Below the pieces are notes generated by a model that saw only the letters and a list, made by a program, of their open reading frames with translations, was not told where the DNA came from and did not search any database. A stretch of 64,000 bases of DNA from [Eubacterium] saphenum (GTDB taxonomy: Bacteria > Bacillota > Clostridia > Oscillospirales > Ruminococcaceae). The DNA lies in assembly GCA_004555855.1 (NCBI GenBank), contig SFJQ01000001.1, positions 32,974 through 96,973 on the forward strand, read 5' to 3'. Position numbers and translations under genes: made by a program. Of this stretch, positions 51,633 to 60,187 are shown piece by piece (the stretch's first letter is position 1; each line of letters begins with the position of its first letter).

Positions 51633-52661
51633 ATGAAAATCAAAAATATAGTTTTATCGGCACTTCTGGCTTTTTCGACAGCAGCTCTTGCGGCTTGCTC
51701 AAACGGCGCTGCTCCCGCAGAAAACGGCGATGTGAAAACGCTTCGCGTGGCGATTATGACGGGACAGCCCGACCAGTACGCCGACTATATCGGCACGGAA
51801 CAGGGCATTTTCAAGAAGTACGGAATCGAGCTTCAGACAACCGAGTTCGTTGCGGGTATCAATACTGTTGACTCTATCGTCACCGGTACCGCAGACACGG
51901 GCGTTCTCGCGGATTTCGCGGCGGCAAACCGCTTCGGAAACACGCTTCACGCGACAAATCTTGTGGTTTTCTCCGACCTTTCTTCGGGTACTTCAAACAA
52001 CGGCGGACTGTATGTTGCGCCGGAATTTGAAAACAATCTTCAGGGGCTGAATGACAGCAAGGGCTGGATTACGCACATCGGCACGGTTGCCGAGTACTAC
52101 AACTGGCAGGCGCAGAAATATCTCGGACTTGATATCGAAAAGCAGAAGATTGTCCAGACCGACTCGAATATGACATCTCTTGCTCTTGCGAAAAACAACG
52201 AGGCTTCGGCGGTTGTTGCCACAGGCGCACAGGGAAAGCGTTTCGAGGAGCAGGGCTGGAAGTTTGTCGCTACGCCGCAGGAAATAGGAATTGACGTAAA
52301 CGCTTATCTTATCACCACAAAAGAGTTCGCCGAGAAAAACACCGATTTGCTCGCGAATTATCTGAAAGCGCTTGACGAGAGCGTAAATTATATCAACGCT
52401 CATCTTGACGAATCCGCCGAGAAAATTGCCGCAAAATTCGGTATAGACGCGCAGGATTTCAAGGACAACTGGACGCAGCTCACCATCAAATTCGGACTTT
52501 CCGAGGAATCTGCCTCTCACCTCTCGGGCGTAAAGGACTGGGCTTTTGCAAACGGCAAGTTCCCCGAGGACTACAACATCAGACAGTTCTACCACACCAA
52601 AGCTGCAAAGGCTGCCTTCCCCGACAACGTGACGGTTGACCTTTCTTCGGTGAATAGTTAA
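51633..52661 (+). CDS. ABC substrate-binding lipoprotein (SsuA/TauA-like)
   Basis: Lipobox LAAC; GIFKKYGI motif; operon context. Confidence 0.8.
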   Translation: MKIKNIVLSALLAFSTAALAACSNGAAPAENGDVKTLRVAIMTGQPDQYADYIGTEQGIFKKYGIELQTTEFVAGINTVDSIVTGTADTGVLADFAAANRFGNTLHATNLVVFSDLSSGTSNNGGLYVAPEFENNLQGLNDSKGWITHIGTVAEYYNWQAQKYLGLDIEKQKIVQTDSNMTSLALAKNNEASAVVATGAQGKRFEEQGWKFVATPQEIGIDVNAYLITTKEFAEKNTDLLANYLKALDESVNYINAHLDESAEKIAAKFGIDAQDFKDNWTQLTIKFGLSEESASHLSGVKDWAFANGKFPEDYNIRQFYHTKAAKAAFPDNVTVDLSSVNS

Positions 52662-52672
52662 GGAGGTAAAAT

Positions 52673-54160
52673 ATGGGTTATCCAACAATTTTCCCCACGG
52701 GAACTTTGCGTTACAATAAAGAAAAAGCATACAGCGGCTACACGGTTTTTCCGTCCGCGAAGGGCGCGCTGCTTATCGATATGAGAGGAAACGAGGTCAA
52801 ACTTTGGGCAGGACTCGGAGGTTTCCCGAACAAGATTCTTCCGGGCGGCTACGTTATGGGAACAACCGCCGCGCGTACCGGCAAAATCGCTTATCAGGAT
52901 CAGGTGGATTTGGTTCAGGTGGACTGGGACGGACATATTGTGTGGAAATTCGACAAAACGGAGCTTGTTGCCGACGACCCCGAAAATCCCGTTTATATGG
53001 CTCGTCAGCACCACGATTTTCAGCGCGAGGGTTCGACTGTGGGCTACTATTACCCGAACGGCGAGCCGAAAACCGCGAGCGGAAACACGCTCATTCTCAC
53101 GCACGAAAATCTCTACAATCACAACATCTCTGACAAGCGGCTGATTGACGACAAGATAATCGAGGTTGACTGGGAGGGGAACATACTTTGGAGCTGGCGC
53201 GCAAGCGACCATTTCGATGAGCTCGGCTTTGACGAGGCAGCGAAGAACGTGCTGTTCAGGAACCCCGGTCTGCACGGTGAAGCGGGCGGCGACTGGATGC
53301 ACATCAACAACTTCGCGACGCTCGGCGAGAACAAGTGGTATGACGCGGGAGATACGCGCTTTCACCCCGACAACATCATCTTTGACGCGAGAAACTCGAA
53401 CATTCTGGCGATTATCGAGAAAAGCACGGGTAAGATTGTGTGGCGCTTGGGACCCGATTTCAACGAGAACGAGGCTACAAGAAAACTCGGCTGGATTATC
53501 GGTCAGCACCACCTGCACATGATACCGAAAGGATTGCCGGGAGAGGGAGATTTGCTTGTTTTCGACAACGGCGGCGAGGGCGGATACGGTGTGCCGAACC
53601 CGACTTCTCCCACGGGCAACAACAACGCGCACCGCGATTATTCGAGGGTTTTGCAGTTTAATCCGGTAACGCTGGAAATCACTTGGCAGTACACGCCGCT
53701 TGAACACGGCTGCTTCCTGTTCACGGACGCGTCGAAGTTTTACAGCTCGTATATAAGCTCAGCGCAGCGCTTGCCGAACGGAAACACGCTGATTACCGAG
53801 GGCAGCGACGGACATTTGCTTGAGGTGACGCCGGAGCATGAGATTGTGTGGGAGTACATAAATCCGTACTTCAACAATATGTTCGGGAAGTTCACGAACA
53901 ATATGATTTATCGTGCGTATCGTGTTCCGTACGAGTGGATTCCGCAGCTTGCGAAGCCTGATGAGGAAAGTATCGAGACGATTGATGTGGCGACGTTCAG
54001 AGTGCCGGGAGCGCCTGTTGGAGCGGGCAAGGGCGAGATAACCACGGTTGATGGGGTTGACCCGAATGCAAGGACGATTACGGGAATGGCGAGCAAGAAG
54101 GACGATGACGAGCGGTTGGATTTTTGCGTGGCGTCGATTAAGAAGAACGAGATTAAGTAA
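52673..54160 (+). CDS. Arylsulfate sulfotransferase-like beta-propeller protein without signal peptide
   Basis: ARQHHD, DWMHIN, GQHH, FDNG, SAQRLPNGNTLITEG repeats typical of the ASST family. Confidence 0.82.
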   Translation: MGYPTIFPTGTLRYNKEKAYSGYTVFPSAKGALLIDMRGNEVKLWAGLGGFPNKILPGGYVMGTTAARTGKIAYQDQVDLVQVDWDGHIVWKFDKTELVADDPENPVYMARQHHDFQREGSTVGYYYPNGEPKTASGNTLILTHENLYNHNISDKRLIDDKIIEVDWEGNILWSWRASDHFDELGFDEAAKNVLFRNPGLHGEAGGDWMHINNFATLGENKWYDAGDTRFHPDNIIFDARNSNILAIIEKSTGKIVWRLGPDFNENEATRKLGWIIGQHHLHMIPKGLPGEGDLLVFDNGGEGGYGVPNPTSPTGNNNAHRDYSRVLQFNPVTLEITWQYTPLEHGCFLFTDASKFYSSYISSAQRLPNGNTLITEGSDGHLLEVTPEHEIVWEYINPYFNNMFGKFTNNMIYRAYRVPYEWIPQLAKPDEESIETIDVATFRVPGAPVGAGKGEITTVDGVDPNARTITGMASKKDDDERLDFCVASIKKNEIK

Positions 54161-54819
54161 GCAGCGAAAAAAGTCTTTTTGGAAATCAAAGAACCTTTTT
54201 CTTCAGAAAAAGGTTCTTTGCCGCCGGAGGCACTGGAGCGAAGCGTCAATATTGAAGGCGAAGCCGTCAAATCAAAAAAGGACGATTTCGCAGATTAAGA
54301 TTAACGAAGCTGCTTGGAATAAGGTTTGCAACCATTGCCAATTTTTTCACAAACCCCTTTTCATCGAGCCGAAATTAACGAAGAAACTCGGAGCTTATGC
54401 CCCGAGCTTTTTCTTATTCAAAGTTTGCTTTTGGCGGGGATTTTTTCGCGCGCCGAGTTTCCTCATCGGGATTAGACTGTGCTGCGCGGAGCGATTTTTC
54501 GGGCATCGAACCCGAAAAATCGCGCGGGTGCAGCCACGCCCGTTAAAACGGGACGTGCGTGGCTGCACCCGCATGTTAAGGCAAGTTTGTTCAATGGGGT
54601 TTGCGATTTTTTTGACGTCCGTCAAAAAAATTAGCAATGGTTGCTTGACGGATTTTTAGTCGGTTTGTAATCTTATGATTTGAGATAATCCATTTTTGGA
54701 TTTGACGGCTTCGCCTTCAGTAGCGCGACTTCGTCGCGAGTGCCTCCGGCGGCTTAAGAACTTTTTCTGAAGAAAAAGGTTCTTGGAACTCCAAAAAGAC
54801 TTTTTTTCGCTTCGCGCGC
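54161..54819. repeat. Composite element E9: inverted arms around a reversed F + B core
   Basis: 54161-54360 vs 54596-54819 inverted; module B on the minus strand at 54491-54573. Confidence 0.92.
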
Positions 54820-54825
54820 TCAATT

Positions 54826-55728
54826 TTAGCTTTGCAATAACTCCAGGTAACGCTCCGCCGATGTCGCCGCATTCGCCCCGTCCGCAGCCGCCGTGATAAC
54901 CTGCCTCAACGTCGTCGTCCGCACATCTCCCGCAACAAACAACCCCTCCGCACTCGTCACACCGTCTTCGCCCGCTTTCACATACCCGCGCTCGTCCAAC
55001 TCGCACACGCCTTTCAGCACACCCGTGTTCGGCACGCTCCCGACCGCGCAGAATATCCCGTCAACCGCAAGCGCCTTCCGCTCGCCGTCCTGCGTGTACA
55101 CAAGCCCGTCCGCTTTCTCGCCGCCCGTCACCTCGTCCAAAACCGCGTTCAGCACAAGCTCAATGTTCTCCCGCTCGCCTACCTTTTTCACAAGCGACTT
55201 GTTCGCCCTAAACTCGCTTCTGCGGTGTACAAGATATACCTTTTTGGCAATATTTGACAGATAAACCGCGTCACCAAGCGCCGTGTCCCCGCCGCCAACC
55301 ACCGCAACCGTCTTGTCGCGGTAAAACGCGCCGTCACACACCGCGCAATACGAAATCCGCAGTTTCTCGTCCCCCGGCACGCCGAGTTTTCTGTGACTTG
55401 TCCCTGCTGCGTAAATCACGGTTTTTGCTTCAACCGCGCTCCCATCGTTCAGCCGGATTGTCCAAAAATCCCCTTTTTCAATCGCGGAAACTTCTCCGTC
55501 AAGAAACTCCGCGCCGAGTTTTTCCGCCTGTTCGCGGAATTTTTCGCCAAGCTCAAAGCCGCTTATCCCGTACAATCCCGGATAATTCTCAACCTTTTCG
55601 GTCACGGCAATCGCGCCCGTCCCGAGGTACTCTTTCTCGATAACAACCGCGTTCAAAAGCGCGCGTTTCGCGTAAATAGCCGCAGTCAGTCCTGCAGGAC
55701 CGCTTCCGATTATCGCAACATCTATCAT
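54826..55728 (-). CDS. trxB: Thioredoxin reductase
   Basis: GSGPAG, CAVCDG, GGGDTA, HRR, AGD. Confidence 0.93.
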   Translation of the reverse strand: MIDVAIIGSGPAGLTAAIYAKRALLNAVVIEKEYLGTGAIAVTEKVENYPGLYGISGFELGEKFREQAEKLGAEFLDGEVSAIEKGDFWTIRLNDGSAVEAKTVIYAAGTSHRKLGVPGDEKLRISYCAVCDGAFYRDKTVAVVGGGDTALGDAVYLSNIAKKVYLVHRRSEFRANKSLVKKVGERENIELVLNAVLDEVTGGEKADGLVYTQDGERKALAVDGIFCAVGSVPNTGVLKGVCELDERGYVKAGEDGVTSAEGLFVAGDVRTTTLRQVITAAADGANAATSAERYLELLQS

Positions 55729-55768
55729 TTTATCCTCCTATATACGGTATCTCAGAAATCTTCGCAAG

Positions 55769-56218
55769 CTAGATATAGTACATCATCTGTTCGCTCGGCT
55801 GAACGGTTTTCTTGAACTCGTTGACAATATCGAGAAGCGTGAGCGATGATGTAAACTCGGAAAGACTGCGCTCAATCCTCGACCAGAGCATATTGTTCAG
55901 GATATCTGCAATATCGCCGTTGCACTCCTCAAGCGGCGCGATGTCGTTTCCTATTAAAGTAATGTCGATGGCGTCCAGAATTTCCTTAACCGTGATTTTA
56001 TCGGGGCTTCTTGACAAAATATACCCGCCGTGAGGGCCTTTTATGCTTTTTACAAGCGAGCTTTGGCGCAAACGCGTCACAATCTGCTCGAGATATTTCA
56101 CGGAAATGGCTCTGCGCTCGGCGATTTCATACAGGTTAACCGCGCCGCCGTCCTCGGAGTTTATAGCGATGTCCGCGATTATCACCAGCCCGCATTGAAT
56201 CTTGGTTAATATCCTCAT
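55769..56218 (-). CDS. Rrf2-family regulator
   Basis: ISVKYLEQI, KGPHGGY. Confidence 0.92.
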   Translation of the reverse strand: MRILTKIQCGLVIIADIAINSEDGGAVNLYEIAERRAISVKYLEQIVTRLRQSSLVKSIKGPHGGYILSRSPDKITVKEILDAIDITLIGNDIAPLEECNGDIADILNNMLWSRIERSLSEFTSSLTLLDIVNEFKKTVQPSEQMMYYI

Positions 56219-56365
56219 TTTTTCACCTCGCTCTGCTTATCATATTAATCCTACTGATTTAGTATATTATACCACACTCCTGCGGCTTTTTCAACCCGTA
56301 TTAATGCATAAAATACACCTCTTTTTTTGCCGCTTATTTGGCAAAAAGCACAAAAGTATATATAT

Positions 56366-56398
56366 CCTATTGACATTGTAGGTTAATGGTGTTATAAT
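56366..56398 (+). promoter_or_regulatory. Promoter of the metY-sir-hcy operon with CCTA-N9-TAGG overlapping -35
   Basis: TTGACA (56370)-17-TATAAT (56393). Confidence 0.8.
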
Positions 56399-56506
56399 GG
56401 AAAAAAACAACAAAACAACAGATTTTTTCCCGTGAATTTTCGCGGGAGCGAGTTTCAGAAAACGCAGCTATTTGCTGTTTAGAAAAATGTCTGAGGGGGA
56501 GTCAAT

Positions 56507-57733
56507 TTGAATTTCAACACGGCTCTTTTGCATAAAAACAACCCGTGCGAAAAGGCAACAGGCGCGACGCTCACGCCGATTTATCAGGTGAGCGCGTTTG
56601 CACAGGGTTCGGCGGAGCAGCTCGAAAATGTGTTCAACAACAAGGCTTCGGGCTTCGCCTACACGCGCATCAGCAATCCCACGGTTTCCGCGTTTGAAAG
56701 CCGAATGAGCGCGCTTGAAAAAGGAATCGGCGCGGTTGCCTGCTCGTCGGAAATGACAGCGGTTTCGATGTCGCTTTTGAACATCTTGCAGGCGGGCGAT
56801 GAGGTTATCGCAGGCTCGGGGCTGTTCGGCGGAACAATCGACCTGTTCGGCGACCTCGCGGAATTTGGCATAACAACGCGCTTTGTCGAGCAAGTTACCG
56901 CAGAAGAAATCGCGCCGCTGATTAACGAGAAAACAAAGGCGGTTTTCGCGGAGCTTGTCGGCAACCCGAACCTTGAAATCGTGGATTTGAAGGCGGTTTC
57001 GGCGGTCAGCCACGAGCGCGGAATACCGCTGATTATCGACAGCACAACCGCAACGCCGTACCTTATAAATCCCGCGGATTTCGGCGCGGACATCATCGTG
57101 CATTCCACGTCAAAGTACATAAACGGCGGCGGGAACTCGATAAGCGGCGTTATCATCGACAGCGGAAATTTCAAGTGGGATTTCACGCGGCACAAAAAAC
57201 TTGCAAAATACGCGAAATTCGGGCAGTTCGCTTATCTGATGTCGCTGCGAAACGGCATTTGGCGCAACTTCGGCGGGTGTCTTGCCCCGATGAACGCGTT
57301 TTTGAACAGCGTTGGCTTGGAAACGCTCGGGCTGCGAATGGAACGCTGCTGTGAAAACGCGCTGGCGCTCGCCGAGTTTTTCGAAAGCTCCGAGAGCATT
57401 TCCGTGAACTATCCCGCGCTGCCGTCGAGCAAGAGTTATCGGCTTTGCAAGGAACTTCTCGGGGGAAAAGGCGGGGCAATCCTCACGATACGCGCGGGTT
57501 CAAAGGAACGCGCATTCCGGCTGATAAACGGGCTGAAACTCGCGACAAACGCGACAAATATCGGCGATGTACGCACGCTTGTCATTCACCCTGCAAGCAC
57601 GATTTACGCGCACAGCACCGCCGAGCAGAAGCTCCACGCGGGCGTTTTTGAGGACACAATCCGAATAAGCGTGGGAATTGAAGATAAAGAAGATTTGATT
57701 GATGATTTCAAGCAATCGATTGAAAAACTTTGA
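56507..57733 (+). CDS. metY: O-acetylhomoserine sulfhydrylase-like PLP enzyme
   Basis: YTRISNPT, HSTSKY, NIGDVRTLVIHPAST, RISVGIED. Confidence 0.85.
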   Translation: MNFNTALLHKNNPCEKATGATLTPIYQVSAFAQGSAEQLENVFNNKASGFAYTRISNPTVSAFESRMSALEKGIGAVACSSEMTAVSMSLLNILQAGDEVIAGSGLFGGTIDLFGDLAEFGITTRFVEQVTAEEIAPLINEKTKAVFAELVGNPNLEIVDLKAVSAVSHERGIPLIIDSTTATPYLINPADFGADIIVHSTSKYINGGGNSISGVIIDSGNFKWDFTRHKKLAKYAKFGQFAYLMSLRNGIWRNFGGCLAPMNAFLNSVGLETLGLRMERCCENALALAEFFESSESISVNYPALPSSKSYRLCKELLGGKGGAILTIRAGSKERAFRLINGLKLATNATNIGDVRTLVIHPASTIYAHSTAEQKLHAGVFEDTIRISVGIEDKEDLIDDFKQSIEKL

Positions 57734-57746
57734 CGGAGGAAAAGAT

Positions 57747-58610
57747 ATGGCAGTAGATTACGGAACGCTCAAAAAGGGCGGTTTTATGCGGCAAAAACAG
57801 AAAAACAACTTCTCGCTTCGGCTTCGCGTTGTCGGGGGAAATCTCACGGCAAAGCAGCTTGCGACAATCGCCGAAGTTTCCGAGAAATTCGGCGACGGAC
57901 ACGTTCACCTCACGTCAAGGCAGAGCGTTGAGATACCGTTTATCAAAATCGACGACATCGACGCGGTGAAATCGGCGCTTGCCGAGGGAAACGTTGAACC
58001 GGGCGTTTGCGGACCGCGCGTCCGCACGATAACCGCCTGTCAGGGCGAGGCGATTTGCCCGAGCGGGTGTATCGACACCTACGCGCTTGCAAAAGAACTT
58101 GACGAGCGCTATTTCGCGCGGGAGCTTCCGCACAAGTTCAAGTTTGGCATAACCGGCTGCCAGAACAACTGCCTCAAAGCTGAGGAAAACGATGTCGGCA
58201 TAAAGGGCGGCATCAAGGTTAAGTGGGACGCGGACAAGTGCATAAACTGCGGCGTGTGCGAGAAGGCTTGCCGAGTGGGCGCGATTTCGATTGAGGACGG
58301 GAAAATCTCCGTTGATAACGCGAAGTGCAACTTCTGCGGACGCTGCGTGAAATCCTGCCCGACCGAAGCTTGGGAAACCGTTCACGGCTACATCGTTTCG
58401 TTCGGCGGACTTTTCGGCAACACGATAAACAAGGGCGAAGCGATTATCCCGTTTATCGAGGACAAGGAAAAGCTCCTCAAAATCTGCGACGCGGCGATAA
58501 AATTCTTCGGTGAAAACGCGAACGCGGGCGAACGCTTTAAGTTCACGATAGACCGCGTCGGACGGGAAAAATTTGAAAAAGCAATCAGGGAGGCTTATGA
58601 AAATGGCTGA
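57747..58610 (+). CDS. Small sulfite-reductase-like 4Fe-4S protein
   Basis: HLTSRQ, ACQG...C, LPHKFK..GCQNNC, two ferredoxin motifs, GERF. Confidence 0.85.
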   Translation: MAVDYGTLKKGGFMRQKQKNNFSLRLRVVGGNLTAKQLATIAEVSEKFGDGHVHLTSRQSVEIPFIKIDDIDAVKSALAEGNVEPGVCGPRVRTITACQGEAICPSGCIDTYALAKELDERYFARELPHKFKFGITGCQNNCLKAEENDVGIKGGIKVKWDADKCINCGVCEKACRVGAISIEDGKISVDNAKCNFCGRCVKSCPTEAWETVHGYIVSFGGLFGNTINKGEAIIPFIEDKEKLLKICDAAIKFFGENANAGERFKFTIDRVGREKFEKAIREAYENG

Positions 58611-58848
58611 TTTTGAAATTGACGATTACGTTGATATCACGGACGTTGTTTGCCCGACAACCTTCGTTAAGGCAAAAGTGGCGCTCGAGGAGCTTGACGA
58701 GGGACAAATCCTCTCGATAAAAATGAACGACGGAGAACCCGTGCAGAACGTTCCGCGAAGCATCAAGGAGGAAGGTCACAAAATCCTGAAGCTCACGAAC
58801 AACGGTGACGGAACGTTTAATCTCATTGTTGAAAAGGTGGGAGAATAA
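58603..58848 (+). CDS. TusA/SirA-family sulfurtransferase
   Basis: VDITDVVCPTT motif, ~81 aa. Confidence 0.88.
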   Translation: MADFEIDDYVDITDVVCPTTFVKAKVALEELDEGQILSIKMNDGEPVQNVPRSIKEEGHKILKLTNNGDGTFNLIVEKVGE

Positions 58849-59162
58849 TGGCGGTTAAACTTACGGCGGACAGTTTCGACAGCGAAGTTCTCGCGGCGAA
58901 CGGGCTTGTGGTAACGGATTTCTTCTCGGACAGCTGTATTCCCTGCAAGCGAATGTCGCCGATTATCGCGGAACTTGAGGAAGAACACGGCGATGTGAAA
59001 TTCGCGAAGCTGAACATTAATTTTGACGGTGAAATTGCCGAAAAATACGGCGTTTCGTCCGTTCCCACGCTGATTTTTTTCAAGAACGGCGAGGAAAAAG
59101 CGCGGCTTTCGGGCGCGCAGAAAAAGGCGGAAATCGCCGAAGTTATCAAAAATATCGATTAA
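58848..59162 (+). CDS. Thioredoxin
   Basis: CIPC, SVPTL. Confidence 0.9.
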   Translation: MAVKLTADSFDSEVLAANGLVVTDFFSDSCIPCKRMSPIIAELEEEHGDVKFAKLNINFDGEIAEKYGVSSVPTLIFFKNGEEKARLSGAQKKAEIAEVIKNID

Positions 59163-59174
59163 GGAGAAACGAAA

Positions 59175-59381
59175 ATGACTATCAATGTTGCAGGCGTGAA
59201 AAAAGAGTATGCGGACGGTTTGACCGTGGCGCAGTTGGTTGAAGCGGAGAATGTGGAAACTCCGCAGTATGTGACAGTTTCGGTGAACGACGAGTTCGTC
59301 AAGAGCGGCACTTTCGAGGAAACCGTGCTGAAAGACGGCGACGAGGTTGAGTTTCTGTACTTTATGGGAGGCGGGCAGTAA
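59175..59381 (+). CDS. ThiS-like sulfur carrier (HcyS-like) with a masked C-terminus
   Basis: LKDGDEVEFLYFMGGGQ: diglycine followed by an extra residue. Confidence 0.9.
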   Translation: MTINVAGVKKEYADGLTVAQLVEAENVETPQYVTVSVNDEFVKSGTFEETVLKDGDEVEFLYFMGGGQ

Positions 59382-60187
59382 TGGCTTTTACAAACGAACA
59401 GCTTGAGCGCTATTCCCGTCACATAATCCTGAAAGAAGTCGGCGCAAAGGGACAGAAAAAGCTGCTGAATGCGAAGGTGCTGATAATCGGCGCGGGCGGC
59501 TTGGGCGCACCCGCGGCTATGTACCTCGCGGCTGCCGGCGTGGGAACAATCGGTATCGCGGACGCGGACGAGGTTGATTTGTCGAATTTGCAGCGGCAGA
59601 TTATCCACTCGACCGCCGATGTCGGAAAAGCGAAGGTTCAGTCCGCGAAAGAAACAATGGAAGCGATAAACCCCGATGTTACCGTGAAAACCTACCGTGT
59701 TTTCGTGGACAGCGAGAGCATTATGGACTTAATCAAGGACTACGATTTCATCATTGACGGCACGGACAATTTCCCCGCGAAATTTCTCATCAACGACGCT
59801 TGCGTTATGGCGGGAAAGCCGTTTTCGCACGCGGGAATTATCCGCTTCAAGGGGCAGCTTATGACCTACGTTCCCGGAAAAGGACCGTGCTATCGCTGCG
59901 TGTTCAAAAATCCGCCGCCAAAGGACGCTGTTCCCACCTGCAAGCAGGCGGGCGTTATCGGGGCGATGGGCGGCGTTATCGGCTCGCTGCAGGCGATGGA
60001 AGCGATAAAGTACATTCTCGGGCAAGGCGACTTGCTCACGGGGTACCTTTTGACGTATGACGCGCTGAAAATGGAGTTTCGGAAAATCAAGCTGCCGACC
60101 GACAAGAATTGCGCGGTGTGCGGTGAAAATCCCACGATAACCGAACTTATCGATTACGAACAGGCGGAGTGTGACGGAAAATTATGA
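59381..60187 (+). CDS. ThiF/MoeB adenylyltransferase (HcyF-like)
   Basis: RYSRH, GAGGLG, SNLQRQ, CYRC, CAVC. Confidence 0.93.
   Translation: MAFTNEQLERYSRHIILKEVGAKGQKKLLNAKVLIIGAGGLGAPAAMYLAAAGVGTIGIADADEVDLSNLQRQIIHSTADVGKAKVQSAKETMEAINPDVTVKTYRVFVDSESIMDLIKDYDFIIDGTDNFPAKFLINDACVMAGKPFSHAGIIRFKGQLMTYVPGKGPCYRCVFKNPPPKDAVPTCKQAGVIGAMGGVIGSLQAMEAIKYILGQGDLLTGYLLTYDALKMEFRKIKLPTDKNCAVCGENPTITELIDYEQAECDGKL

Noticed and set aside
20570..54637. ORFs sharing RVQPRTSRFNGRGCTRAIFRVRCPKNR (20570, 23600, 38098, 48872, 54395) or LKPFSEEKGF as a protein family
   Set aside because: They are translations of modules B and A; starts, stops and flanks are inconsistent, and variation preserves base pairing rather than codons
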